Positions 44,950 through 53,006 of a DNA stretch of 64,000 nt are shown here, one piece after another; within the stretch, counting starts at the first letter, position 1; every line of letters begins with the position of its first letter. The notes beneath the pieces were generated by a model that was given only the letters and a program-made list of their open reading frames with translations, was not told the origin of the DNA and made no database searches. Location of the stretch: assembly GCA_021822565.1 (NCBI GenBank), contig JAKAQM010000001.1:9342-73341 (forward strand), in the 5' to 3' direction. The translations under genes were made by a program, and so were the position numbers. Source of the stretch: Actinomycetes bacterium (GTDB taxonomy: Bacteria > Actinomycetota > Acidimicrobiia > Acidimicrobiales > RAAP-2).

Positions 44950-45260
44950 GTTGGGCACGCAAGCGTTGTCCCAGCGGAGCTTTCGGATCGTCGCAAACCG
45001 CGCCACCCCGGCCCCTGTTCTCTCCGGGCGCCGCGAAGGCGCCCTTGCATCCGGTCCGCACACTCCCCGCCAGCTTGTGCCGAGGACGAGTGGATATCCA
45101 GGGCCCAACGTCCCGTCCAGCCCACGGGGCGCTGCACGGCGACCCGGCGACGAGCCGGCTGGGCGGCCATGGGGACGAGGGCCGCTTGACCGCTTGGCCG
45201 CGGCCGTGAACGGGCACTTGGCCTCTACTGCCCCTGGGTCGACGCGCGCAATCTCGGAAC

Positions 45261-45722
45261 GTGGGCACGTCGAACCGAGCCGAGAAGGCCGCGTCGGCTG
45301 GCGCGGCTCGCTCGGGGCACCGTCAGCTCCCCCACACCGCCGATCGGGTGCTGGAGGCGTGGGGCCCAGACCGCGCCACGTGCCTCTCGGAGGCGCTGCT
45401 CGCGCTCGTCGAGATCTTCGCCGAGGTGCCGGACCAGGCGACCGCCGACGTGCTGGCGCTCGGGGCCCCCGCAGGTGGTGCGCAGGACGTGCTCGTGTCG
45501 CTGCTCGAAGAGGTGATCTACGTGGTCGACGCGCTCGGCGTCGTGCCGGTCCGCTTTCACCTTGCCGAGGCGGAGGACGGCAGCCTCGCGGGGGACATGG
45601 AGGTGGTGCCCACGAGCGACGTCGAGCTCGTGGGACCGGTGCCCAAGGGGGTCTCGTACCACGCCTTGGAGATCGCTCCGTCGGACGGAGGATGGCGATG
45701 CCGCGTGCTCGTGGACGTGTGA
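45261..45722 (+). CDS. archease
   Basis: LPHTADRVLEAWGP N-terminal motif and C-terminal KGVSYHALEI. GTG is the only in-frame start. Confidence 0.8.
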   Translation: MGTSNRAEKAASAGAARSGHRQLPHTADRVLEAWGPDRATCLSEALLALVEIFAEVPDQATADVLALGAPAGGAQDVLVSLLEEVIYVVDALGVVPVRFHLAEAEDGSLAGDMEVVPTSDVELVGPVPKGVSYHALEIAPSDGGWRCRVLVDV

Positions 45723-45738
45723 GCCGGCCCGCAGCGGC

Positions 45739-46365
45739 TCAAGCCGGCTTGGTCGCGGTGCCGAGGTAGAGGTACCCGAAGGGCCGAAGCGCCAGCGGCC
45801 CGGGCAGCTGGAGGTTCCGGAGCTTGCCGGGGGCGAAGCCGGCTTCTGCCACGAGCCGGTCGATCGGGCGATCGAGCTGGCAGCCAGCGGCGATGCGGCC
45901 CTGCAGCGGGTTGAGCCGGCGCTGCCAGCGGGCCACCGATGCACAAGGCGCGAGCCCGTGCTCCAAGAAGGTGAAGGTCCCTCCGGGGCGGAGGACCCGG
46001 AGCAGCTCCGCCAGCGCGGTGCCGGGATCGGGGATCGTGCACAGCGTGAAGGTCGAGACCGCGGCGTCGACCGACGAGCTCTCGACGGAGAGCCCCTGGG
46101 CGTCGGCGCCGACGAGCTCGACCGGGACAGGGGAAGCGGCGATCCGCTTGGCGGCCAGCCGGGCGGCGACTTCCGAGGGCTCGACGGCGAGCACCCTGCG
46201 CACCTCGGGCGGGTAGAAGGCGAGGTTCGACCCGGAGCCGAAGCCGACCTCGACCACGTCGCCGCGCAACCCGCCGACCGTCTCCTCCCGTAGACGGCGG
46301 ATCTCGGCCGTGTCGAGCAGGAGGTCGGTCGCCCGGGGGACGACCTCATCCCTCCAGATGCCCAT
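45739..46365 (-). CDS. class I SAM-dependent methyltransferase
   Basis: VVEVGFGSGSN (motif I), VDAAVSTF, LRVLRPGGTFTFLEH. The start lies 20 nt inside the LysR 3' end. Confidence 0.8.
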   Translation of the reverse strand: MGIWRDEVVPRATDLLLDTAEIRRLREETVGGLRGDVVEVGFGSGSNLAFYPPEVRRVLAVEPSEVAARLAAKRIAASPVPVELVGADAQGLSVESSSVDAAVSTFTLCTIPDPGTALAELLRVLRPGGTFTFLEHGLAPCASVARWQRRLNPLQGRIAAGCQLDRPIDRLVAEAGFAPGKLRNLQLPGPLALRPFGYLYLGTATKPA

Positions 46366-47344
46366 GGCGAGATCTTCGCGGGGATTCCTCGCGGGCTGCC
46401 CGCGGGGAGCCCGAGGAACGCGCGCGGGAGACGGCCGAGCCAGCGCCCTCCGCCAGCGTGACGAGGTGTGCCCAGAAGGCATCGAGCGCGGGCGAGTGGG
46501 ACGCCGGCCGGCGCAGGGCGGAGAGGGTGCGCCTCAGGGCGGGTCGTTCGGTGGCCAGCCGGCACAGGCGGCCGGCGTCGAGGTCGTCGCCGATCGCCGC
46601 GAGGGGTAAGACCGCGAATCCCAGCCCGGCGAGCACGGCCGCGCGTACCGCGTCGACCTGGCCGAGCTCGAGGACCGGCCCTGCGCGGTAGGCGGGGCCG
46701 AGCAGCTCGGCCGCGAGCGCCTCGGTGCCCGAGCCCCCCTCGCGCGCGAGGTAGCGGTGGGCGGCCAGTTCGGCCGCAAGCACGGTGCCGCGTCGGGCGA
46801 GCGGGTGCCCGGCGGACGCCACGACCACGAGCTCGTCGGTCCCGACCCCCCGCTCCTCGAGCCCGTCGTGTGTGTCCGGGCCCTCCACCAGTGCGCAGTC
46901 GACCTTGGCCTCGCGCAAGAGGCCGATCGCCTCACGGGTGTTCACCGTCCGGACGCGCAGACCCACCCCCGGGTGACGGTCGAGGAAGCCGGCCACCCAC
47001 GCCGGCACGCGGTAGATCCCGATGGTGTTGCTGGCGGCAATGGTGAGCTCGCCTTCGAGGAGCCCAGCTCTGGCAGCGGCGGCCTCCTCGAGCGAACGCA
47101 AGGCGGCGAGCGCGGAGGACACGGCAGGGAGCAGGGCTCGACCGTCGGCGGTGAGGCGCACGCCTCGACCGACGCGCTCGAACACCGCCAGCCCGAGCTT
47201 GCGTTCGAGCGCTTTCAGCTGGTGGCTCACCGCGGGCTGGGTCAGGCCCAGCGCGCTGGCCGCCCTGGTGACGTGCTGGTGCTCGGCGACGACCGCGAAC
47301 GTCCGGAGCTGCTCGACGGTGAGCGAGCTGGAGGGAGCTCGCAA
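46346..47344 (-). CDS. LysR family transcriptional regulator
   Basis: LTVEQLRTFAVVAEHQHVTRAASALGLTQPAVSHQLKALE. TTG 47344 is preferred over ATG 47383 because the 13 intervening codons have third positions that are mostly A/T, unlike every other gene in the window. Confidence 0.8.
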   Translation of the reverse strand: MRAPSSSLTVEQLRTFAVVAEHQHVTRAASALGLTQPAVSHQLKALERKLGLAVFERVGRGVRLTADGRALLPAVSSALAALRSLEEAAAARAGLLEGELTIAASNTIGIYRVPAWVAGFLDRHPGVGLRVRTVNTREAIGLLREAKVDCALVEGPDTHDGLEERGVGTDELVVVASAGHPLARRGTVLAAELAAHRYLAREGGSGTEALAAELLGPAYRAGPVLELGQVDAVRAAVLAGLGFAVLPLAAIGDDLDAGRLCRLATERPALRRTLSALRRPASHSPALDAFWAHLVTLAEGAGSAVSRARSSGSPRAAREESPRRSRHGHLEG

Positions 47345-47381
47345 GTATTCATGAAGTTCCGTAATGGTAATAATAGAATAC
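47345..47381. promoter_or_regulatory. dyad symmetry in an AT-rich island, candidate LysR binding site
   Basis: GTATTC (47345-47350) ... GAATAC (47376-47381), 25 nt apart. Nested 8-bp palindrome TTCATGAA at 47348-47355 and GTAAT-G-GTAAT direct repeat. Confidence 0.3.
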
Positions 47382-47387
47382 ATTCCT

Positions 47388-47416
47388 TTGACGCGGGGCA
47401 ACTTCCTCTTTAGGTT
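47388..47416 (+). promoter_or_regulatory. candidate promoter giving a leaderless transcript for the Mo-oxidoreductase operon
   Basis: TTGACG at 47388-47393, a 17-nt spacer, then TAGGTT at 47411-47416. The GTG start at 47423 lies 7 nt after the -10 and has no SD upstream. Confidence 0.45.
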
Positions 47417-47422
47417 GTCCGA

Positions 47423-48943
47423 GTGCTCGACGTCGCCTCCCCCCCCCGATGGGTGAAGGTCCTCGACCAGACCCGGTGCATCGGGTGCCATGCCTGCACC
47501 ACGGCGTGCAAGTCCGAGAACGAGGTGCCGATCGGGGTCACGCGCACCTACGTGAAGTCGGTGGACGTCGGTACGTTCCCCAACGCCCGCCGCGCCTTCC
47601 AGGTCACTCGGTGCAACCAGTGCGAGGATCCGCCCTGCGTCGAGGCCTGCCCGACGGGGGCCATGTACCGCCGGCCCGACGGCATCGTCGACTTCGACAA
47701 GCGGGTCTGCATCGGGTGCAAGGCCTGCATGGCCGCGTGCCCCTACGACGCCATCTTCATCAATCCCGACGACCACTCGGCTGAGAAGTGCAACTTCTGC
47801 GCCCATAGGCTGGACCTGGGCCTCGAGCCCGCCTGCGTGGTGGTCTGCCCTGTGGAGGCCATCTCCGTCGGGGACCTCTCCGACCCGACGTCCAAGGTCG
47901 CCAAGCTCGTGCAGCGGTCGCCGGTGGCCGTGCGCCGGCCGGAGAAGGAGACCCGTCCGGGGGTCTTCTACCGGGGTGCGGACGGTGCCACGCTGGATCC
48001 GCTGGCTGCTGCCCGACCGACGGGAGGGATCTACGCCTGGGCCGGGCAAGGACCGCCAGGAGCACGTCGCGTCGCAGCCGGTGACCCGCGCGGGCACAAT
48101 TCTTCGGCCGCTGCGATCATCTCCTACGACGTGCCCCACAAGGCCCCCTGGGACTGGCGGGTGAGCCTCTACACCTGGACCAAGGGCATCTCCGCCGGCG
48201 CCTACCTCGCACCCCTCGTTCTCGTGCTGGCCGGTCGGCTGGCGTGGTCGAGCGCCCTGTTCCGCTGGGCGGGGCCGGCGGTCGCGCTGGCCATGCTGGC
48301 GACCACCGGTGCGATCCTCGTGTGGGACCTCGAGCACCCGACGCGGGTGTGGATGCTCTTCGCCCGCCCGCAGTGGCGCAGCTGGCTCGTGCGCGGCGGG
48401 GTGATCATCTCCGCGTACGGGGCTGCCCTTGTCGCCGCGTTGGGCGCCTCGGCGTCGGGGTCGGTCGGGGCAGAGCAGGTGGTGGCGGGCTTCTGCCTCC
48501 CCCTGGCCGCCCTTGCCGCCGGGTACACCGCCTACCTGTTCGCCCAGGCCCGCGGGCGGGACCTCTGGCAGAGCCAGTTGCTCGCGCCGCACCTGCTGGC
48601 GCAGTCGCTCATGGTGGGCGCGGCCGCGCTCTACCTCGTGGGCACCTCGATCGGGACGACGGGTGTCGGGCTCGCCGACCTGCTCGCAGCGACGGCAGCG
48701 CTCCATCTCTTCATGGTGGCGGGTGAGGCCATGCCCAGACACCCGACCGCCCACACCCATATGGCTGTCGCGGAGATGGTGCACGGGCGCTTCGCGGCGT
48801 ACTTCTGGGTCGGGCTCGCGCTCTCGGCCGTCGCAGTCTTCTCCCCGTGGATCGGACCCGTCGGAGCCGTGGCGGCGCTGGTCGGGATCGCAGCCCACAA
48901 GCACGCCTACGTCCAGGCCGGACAGGCGGTGCCGCTCGCATGA
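47423..48943 (+). CDS. fusion of a 4x[4Fe-4S] ferredoxin subunit (PsrB/NrfC/DmsB-like) with an NrfD/PsrC-like integral membrane quinol-interacting subunit
   Basis: Four Cys clusters (CIGCHACTTAC, CNQCEDPPCVEACP, CIGCKACMAACP, CNFCAHR..CVVVCP), then about 270 aa of multi-TM sequence. No N-terminal signal peptide visible. Confidence 0.8.
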   Translation: MLDVASPPRWVKVLDQTRCIGCHACTTACKSENEVPIGVTRTYVKSVDVGTFPNARRAFQVTRCNQCEDPPCVEACPTGAMYRRPDGIVDFDKRVCIGCKACMAACPYDAIFINPDDHSAEKCNFCAHRLDLGLEPACVVVCPVEAISVGDLSDPTSKVAKLVQRSPVAVRRPEKETRPGVFYRGADGATLDPLAAARPTGGIYAWAGQGPPGARRVAAGDPRGHNSSAAAIISYDVPHKAPWDWRVSLYTWTKGISAGAYLAPLVLVLAGRLAWSSALFRWAGPAVALAMLATTGAILVWDLEHPTRVWMLFARPQWRSWLVRGGVIISAYGAALVAALGASASGSVGAEQVVAGFCLPLAALAAGYTAYLFAQARGRDLWQSQLLAPHLLAQSLMVGAAALYLVGTSIGTTGVGLADLLAATAALHLFMVAGEAMPRHPTAHTHMAVAEMVHGRFAAYFWVGLALSAVAVFSPWIGPVGAVAALVGIAAHKHAYVQAGQAVPLA

Positions 48944-51900
48944 GCGCCCCGATGCGCGCCGCCCGCTTCGTGCGCTGGGCCCAACGTGACGGCGGGAACC
49001 GCCAGGCTGATCTCGACCGCATGGAGGCCGCGCTCCGAACTGCCCGCACTGCTGGCGCGGCCGGCGAGGGCTCTGGCGGTGGGGCCCACTACGCAGGCCC
49101 GAGCGGTGGCCACCTCGCCGCCTTCCCGCCGCCGGAGCGATGGGACGACTGGGTGGAGCTGGACTCGCGGTCGTGGCCCGAGCGGTCCGAGCGCCACTAC
49201 CTCCTCGTCCCCACCACGTGCTTCAACTGCGAGTCGGCGTGCGGGCTGCTCGCCTACGTCGACCGGGACACGCTCACCATCCGCAAGCTCGAGGGCAATC
49301 CCGAGCACCCCGGCTCGCGCGGGCGCAACTGCGCCAAGGGACCCGCGACGATCAACCAGGTGACCGACCCCGACCGGGTGCTGTACCCGCTCCGGCGGGT
49401 CGGCGCCAGGGGCGGGGGTGGATGGGAGCGGGTGTCGTGGGACGAGGTGCTCGACGACCTCGCGGGACGGATCCGCCGGGCGATCGAAGAGGATCGCCGC
49501 AACGAGATCATGGTCCACATCGGGCGGCCCGGAGAGGACGGCTTCACCGAGCGGGTGCTGGCCAGCTGGGGGGTCGACGGTCACAACTCGCACACGAACA
49601 TCTGCTCGAGCGGAGGGCGCACCGGCTACCAGTTCTGGATGGGGATCGACCGCCCGAGCCCCGACCACGCCAACGCGAAGGTGATCTACCTCATCAGCTC
49701 GCACCTGGAGACGGGCCACTACTTCAACCCCCACGCCCAACGGATCATCGAAGCGCGGGCGAAGGGGGCGAAGGTGATCGTGGTCGACACCCGGCTCTCC
49801 AACACGGCCACCCACGCCGACTACTGGCTCGCCCCGCAGCCGGGAAGCGAGGCAGCCATCAACCTCGCCATCTGCCGCCACCTGCTCATGACCGGGGCCT
49901 ACGACGCCGACTTCGTCCGCCGGTGGTGGAACTGGGAGGAGTACCTGACGGCCTGCCGTCCGGAGCTGCCGGTGACGTTCGAGGCCTTCGAGCAGGCGTT
50001 GCGCGAAGAGTACGCGGGGTTCACCTTCGAGCTCGCGGCGCAGGAATCGGGGATCGACGCGGCCACGCTCAGGGAGGTGGCAGACGTCGTGGCTGCGGCG
50101 GGGCATCGGTTCTCCGCGCACAACTGGCGGTCCGCGGCTGCCGGCAACCTCGGCGGCTGGCAGGTCAGCCGGACGATCTTCATGATCTCCGCCCTCCTCG
50201 GTGCGGTGGCCTGCGAAGGCGGCACGTTCCCCAACGCCTGGAACAAGTTCGTGCCCCGGCCGATCCACGTGCCCCCGCACCCCGACGTCTGGAACGAGCT
50301 GACCTGGCCGGTCGAGTACCCGCTCGCCCAGAACGAGCTGTCCTTCCTCCTGCCCCAGTTCCTGAAAGACGGGCGCGGGACGCTCGACGTGTACTTCACG
50401 CGTGTCTACAACCCGGTGTGGACCAATCCCGATGGGATGTCCTGGGTCGAGGTGCTGACCGACGAGTCGCTCGTGGGCTGCCACGTGGCGCTGACGCCGA
50501 CGTGGAACGAGACCGCCTACTTCGCCGACTACATCCTGCCGGTGGGGCTCTCCCCGGAGCGCCACGACACCCATTCCTACGAGCAGTACGACGGCCAGTG
50601 GATCGGCTTCCGACAGCCGGTCCTGCGCGAGGCCCGGCGCCGGCTGGGCCAGCCGCTCGACGACACCCGCGACGCCAACCCTGGGGAGGTGTGGGAGGAG
50701 AACGAGCTGTGGATCGAGCTGTCGTGGCGCATCGACCCAGACGGCGCCCTCGGGATCCGCCAGTACTACGAGTCGAAGGCCCGCCCCGGCACGAAGCTGA
50801 GCGTCGAGGAGTACTACGGCTGGATGTTCACCCACTCGGTGCCCGGGCTGCCCGATGCCGCCGCCGCAGAGGGGCTGGCGCCGCTCGACTACATGCGCCG
50901 GCACGGCGCGTTCGAGATCGCCCGCGATGTCGGGGCGCGTCACGAGGAGGCGGTGCCCGACGAGGAGCTCGTCGACGTCGCGGTCGAAGGCTTCGGACGC
51001 GTCTTCTCCGCAGCGCCGGTGCAGCCTCCGACCAACATGGCGCCGACGGCCGCGCCGCCGCCGGACCCGGATGGCAGGCGGCCGGTCGGGGTCGTCGTCG
51101 ACGGCGAGACGGTCGTGCGCCGCGGCTTCCCGACGCCCTCGGGACGCCTCGAGTTCTATTCGTCGACGCTCGCCCGATGGGGTTGGCCCGAGCACGCGTT
51201 GCCCGGCTACATCCGCAGCCACGTCCACCCGTCCGTGCTCGAGCCGGACGAGCTGGTGCTCATCTCGACCTTCCGGCTTCCCACCCACATCCACACCCGG
51301 TCCGCCAACGCCAAGTGGCTCGACGAGCTGGCCCACACCAATCCTCTCTGGGTCCACCCCGCCGATGCCGCTCGGCTCGGCGCCGGGGACCCGGGTGACG
51401 GACCTGCCGCGGACCGTCGGCCGCTCATGACCGGCGACCTCGTGCGGGTCGAGACCGCGATCGGCCATTTCGTCGCCAAGGCGTGGGTCACCGAGGGCAT
51501 CCGGCCCGGGATCGTGGCCTGCAGCCACCACATGGGCCGTTGGAAGCCCGAGGGCCAGGGCGGCGGCCAGGGTCAAGTCATGTCGTCGGTCTCGTTGCAC
51601 CACGAGGGGGAGAGCTGGTCGATGCATGTCCAGCGCGGTCCTCACCCGTACGCGTCGGCGGACCCGGACACGGCCAGGATGTGGTGGACCGAGATCGGCG
51701 TCCACCAGAACCTGACGTTTCCCGTCCATCCGGACCCCATCTCGGGCATGCACTGCTGGCACCAGGCGGTCAGGGTGCGCCGGGCCCAGCCCGGCGACGC
51801 CGTCGGCGACGTCGTCGTCGACACCGCCAAGGCGCGTGCCGTCTACGTCGAGTGGCTGGCGATGACCCGGAGCGCCGCGGAGGTCTCCCCCGACGACACC

Positions 51901-51975
51901 CGCCGTCCCAGCTGGCTCATGCGCCCGCTCAAGCCCTCCGCCTCGGCGTTCACGCTCGCCGTGCCGGTCCCTTGA
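48940..51975 (+). CDS. molybdopterin (bis-MGD) oxidoreductase catalytic subunit, Psr/Phs/Ttr/Arr-like; substrate unknown
   Basis: N-terminal FS0 motif CFNCESACGLLAY..GRNCAKG, then HTNICSSGGRTG and large MGD-binding domains. ATGA overlap at 48940-48943. About 95-aa N-terminal extension without an RRxFLK twin-arginine motif. Confidence 0.85.
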   Translation: MSAPMRAARFVRWAQRDGGNRQADLDRMEAALRTARTAGAAGEGSGGGAHYAGPSGGHLAAFPPPERWDDWVELDSRSWPERSERHYLLVPTTCFNCESACGLLAYVDRDTLTIRKLEGNPEHPGSRGRNCAKGPATINQVTDPDRVLYPLRRVGARGGGGWERVSWDEVLDDLAGRIRRAIEEDRRNEIMVHIGRPGEDGFTERVLASWGVDGHNSHTNICSSGGRTGYQFWMGIDRPSPDHANAKVIYLISSHLETGHYFNPHAQRIIEARAKGAKVIVVDTRLSNTATHADYWLAPQPGSEAAINLAICRHLLMTGAYDADFVRRWWNWEEYLTACRPELPVTFEAFEQALREEYAGFTFELAAQESGIDAATLREVADVVAAAGHRFSAHNWRSAAAGNLGGWQVSRTIFMISALLGAVACEGGTFPNAWNKFVPRPIHVPPHPDVWNELTWPVEYPLAQNELSFLLPQFLKDGRGTLDVYFTRVYNPVWTNPDGMSWVEVLTDESLVGCHVALTPTWNETAYFADYILPVGLSPERHDTHSYEQYDGQWIGFRQPVLREARRRLGQPLDDTRDANPGEVWEENELWIELSWRIDPDGALGIRQYYESKARPGTKLSVEEYYGWMFTHSVPGLPDAAAAEGLAPLDYMRRHGAFEIARDVGARHEEAVPDEELVDVAVEGFGRVFSAAPVQPPTNMAPTAAPPPDPDGRRPVGVVVDGETVVRRGFPTPSGRLEFYSSTLARWGWPEHALPGYIRSHVHPSVLEPDELVLISTFRLPTHIHTRSANAKWLDELAHTNPLWVHPADAARLGAGDPGDGPAADRRPLMTGDLVRVETAIGHFVAKAWVTEGIRPGIVACSHHMGRWKPEGQGGGQGQVMSSVSLHHEGESWSMHVQRGPHPYASADPDTARMWWTEIGVHQNLTFPVHPDPISGMHCWHQAVRVRRAQPGDAVGDVVVDTAKARAVYVEWLAMTRSAAEVSPDDTRRPSWLMRPLKPSASAFTLAVPVP

Positions 51976-51988
51976 TCGGCAGCGCCGG

Positions 51989-52888
51989 TTGATCGGCAAC
52001 GGTCCGTTGGTCGGCACCGTCACCGTCACTCGTCCTGAGCTGGCCCGGACCCTCGCCGCCTCCGTCAGGTCCCCGCTGGACGTCGAAGCCTGCCGACTCC
52101 TCGGGTTGCCGGCACCGCCCGGCGTGGCCGTGCACACCGGGGTCTTCGTGCTCGAGACCCACCCGTATGCCTCTGTCCACCTCGGCGCCGAGGGCATGAT
52201 CGGCGGGGACGCCGGCGACAGGGTCGCCGGGTTCTGGCGAGCGCTGGGGATGGTGCCGCCGCCCGAAGCCGACCATCTCGGGACGCTCCTCGATCTCTAC
52301 GCTCGGCTGGGGGACGAGGAGCTCGCCCTCTCGCGCGCCGATCGACGGCGGGCAGCGGTCGCGAGCGCCCGAGGCGCGCTGCTCTGGGAGCACCTCGCTC
52401 CCTGGGTGCCGGTGTACCTCGCCACCGTGGACCGGGTGGGGGACGGCTTCCATGCCGCATGGGCCAGCCTCGCGGCCGGCGTCGTCTCGGCGGAGGCCGA
52501 CGCGCTGGCACCGCGCGCGGAGCTCCCGACCGCGCTCGTGGTCGCGCCGCCCCCGCTCACCGTGGCCTCCCGCCGCGAGCTGGTCGACGCGGTGCTCGCC
52601 CCGGTGCGCAGCGGTGTGGTGGTCACGCAGGCTGACCTCAGCCGGGCCGGGCGGGACCTCGGGCTGGGGGTGCGGCGAGGTGAACGTCGTTTCGCGCTCG
52701 AGGGGCTGCTCGACCAGGATCCCGCCGCCGTGCTCGCCTGGCTGGCTGCGCTGGCCGCGGAATGGTCTGACCTCCATCGCCACTGGCACTGCGGCGCACT
52801 GGAGCCCGTGGGGCGTTGGTGGGCGGCGCGGGCGCGTGCGTCCGCGGCGGCCCTTGGCGCCGCTGCGCACGCTCCTGTCTCTGGGTGA
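51989..52888 (+). CDS. TorD/DmsD/NarJ-family redox-enzyme maturation chaperone-like protein
   Basis: PYASVHLGAEGMIGGDAGDRVAGFWRALGMVPPPEADHLGTLLDLYARL resembles the core of the TorD family. TTG start is uncertain. Confidence 0.6.
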   Translation: MIGNGPLVGTVTVTRPELARTLAASVRSPLDVEACRLLGLPAPPGVAVHTGVFVLETHPYASVHLGAEGMIGGDAGDRVAGFWRALGMVPPPEADHLGTLLDLYARLGDEELALSRADRRRAAVASARGALLWEHLAPWVPVYLATVDRVGDGFHAAWASLAAGVVSAEADALAPRAELPTALVVAPPPLTVASRRELVDAVLAPVRSGVVVTQADLSRAGRDLGLGVRRGERRFALEGLLDQDPAAVLAWLAALAAEWSDLHRHWHCGALEPVGRWWAARARASAAALGAAAHAPVSG

Positions 52889-53006
52889 TCCCGATCCGAG
52901 TCCCTGCCGTTAACGTGAGGGAGAGCTCGGCCGATCGAGCTCGAGCCGCTGCCGGGTAGCTGCCCCGGCCGACCGCGTGACGGCGGCACGGGGAGGACGG
53001 TGAAGG

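Noticed and set aside
45026-45044. Perfect hairpin GGGCGCC-GCGAA-GGCGCCC as a terminator
   Set aside because: It lies in the divergent region between the acs and archease starts, so no gene ends there. There is no U-tract. It may be a 5'-UTR structure, but I cannot support a call.
47345-47383. ATG 47383 as the LysR start (ORF-track style start)
   Set aside because: The 13 codons have mostly A/T third positions, which is unlike all other genes here. They also coincide with promoter and operator-like elements. TTG 47344 gives a canonical LysR N-terminus.
48907-52197. 1096-aa ORF on the minus strand
   Set aside because: It is antisense to the molybdopterin oxidoreductase, whose motifs are unambiguous on the plus strand. 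Composition is low complexity.
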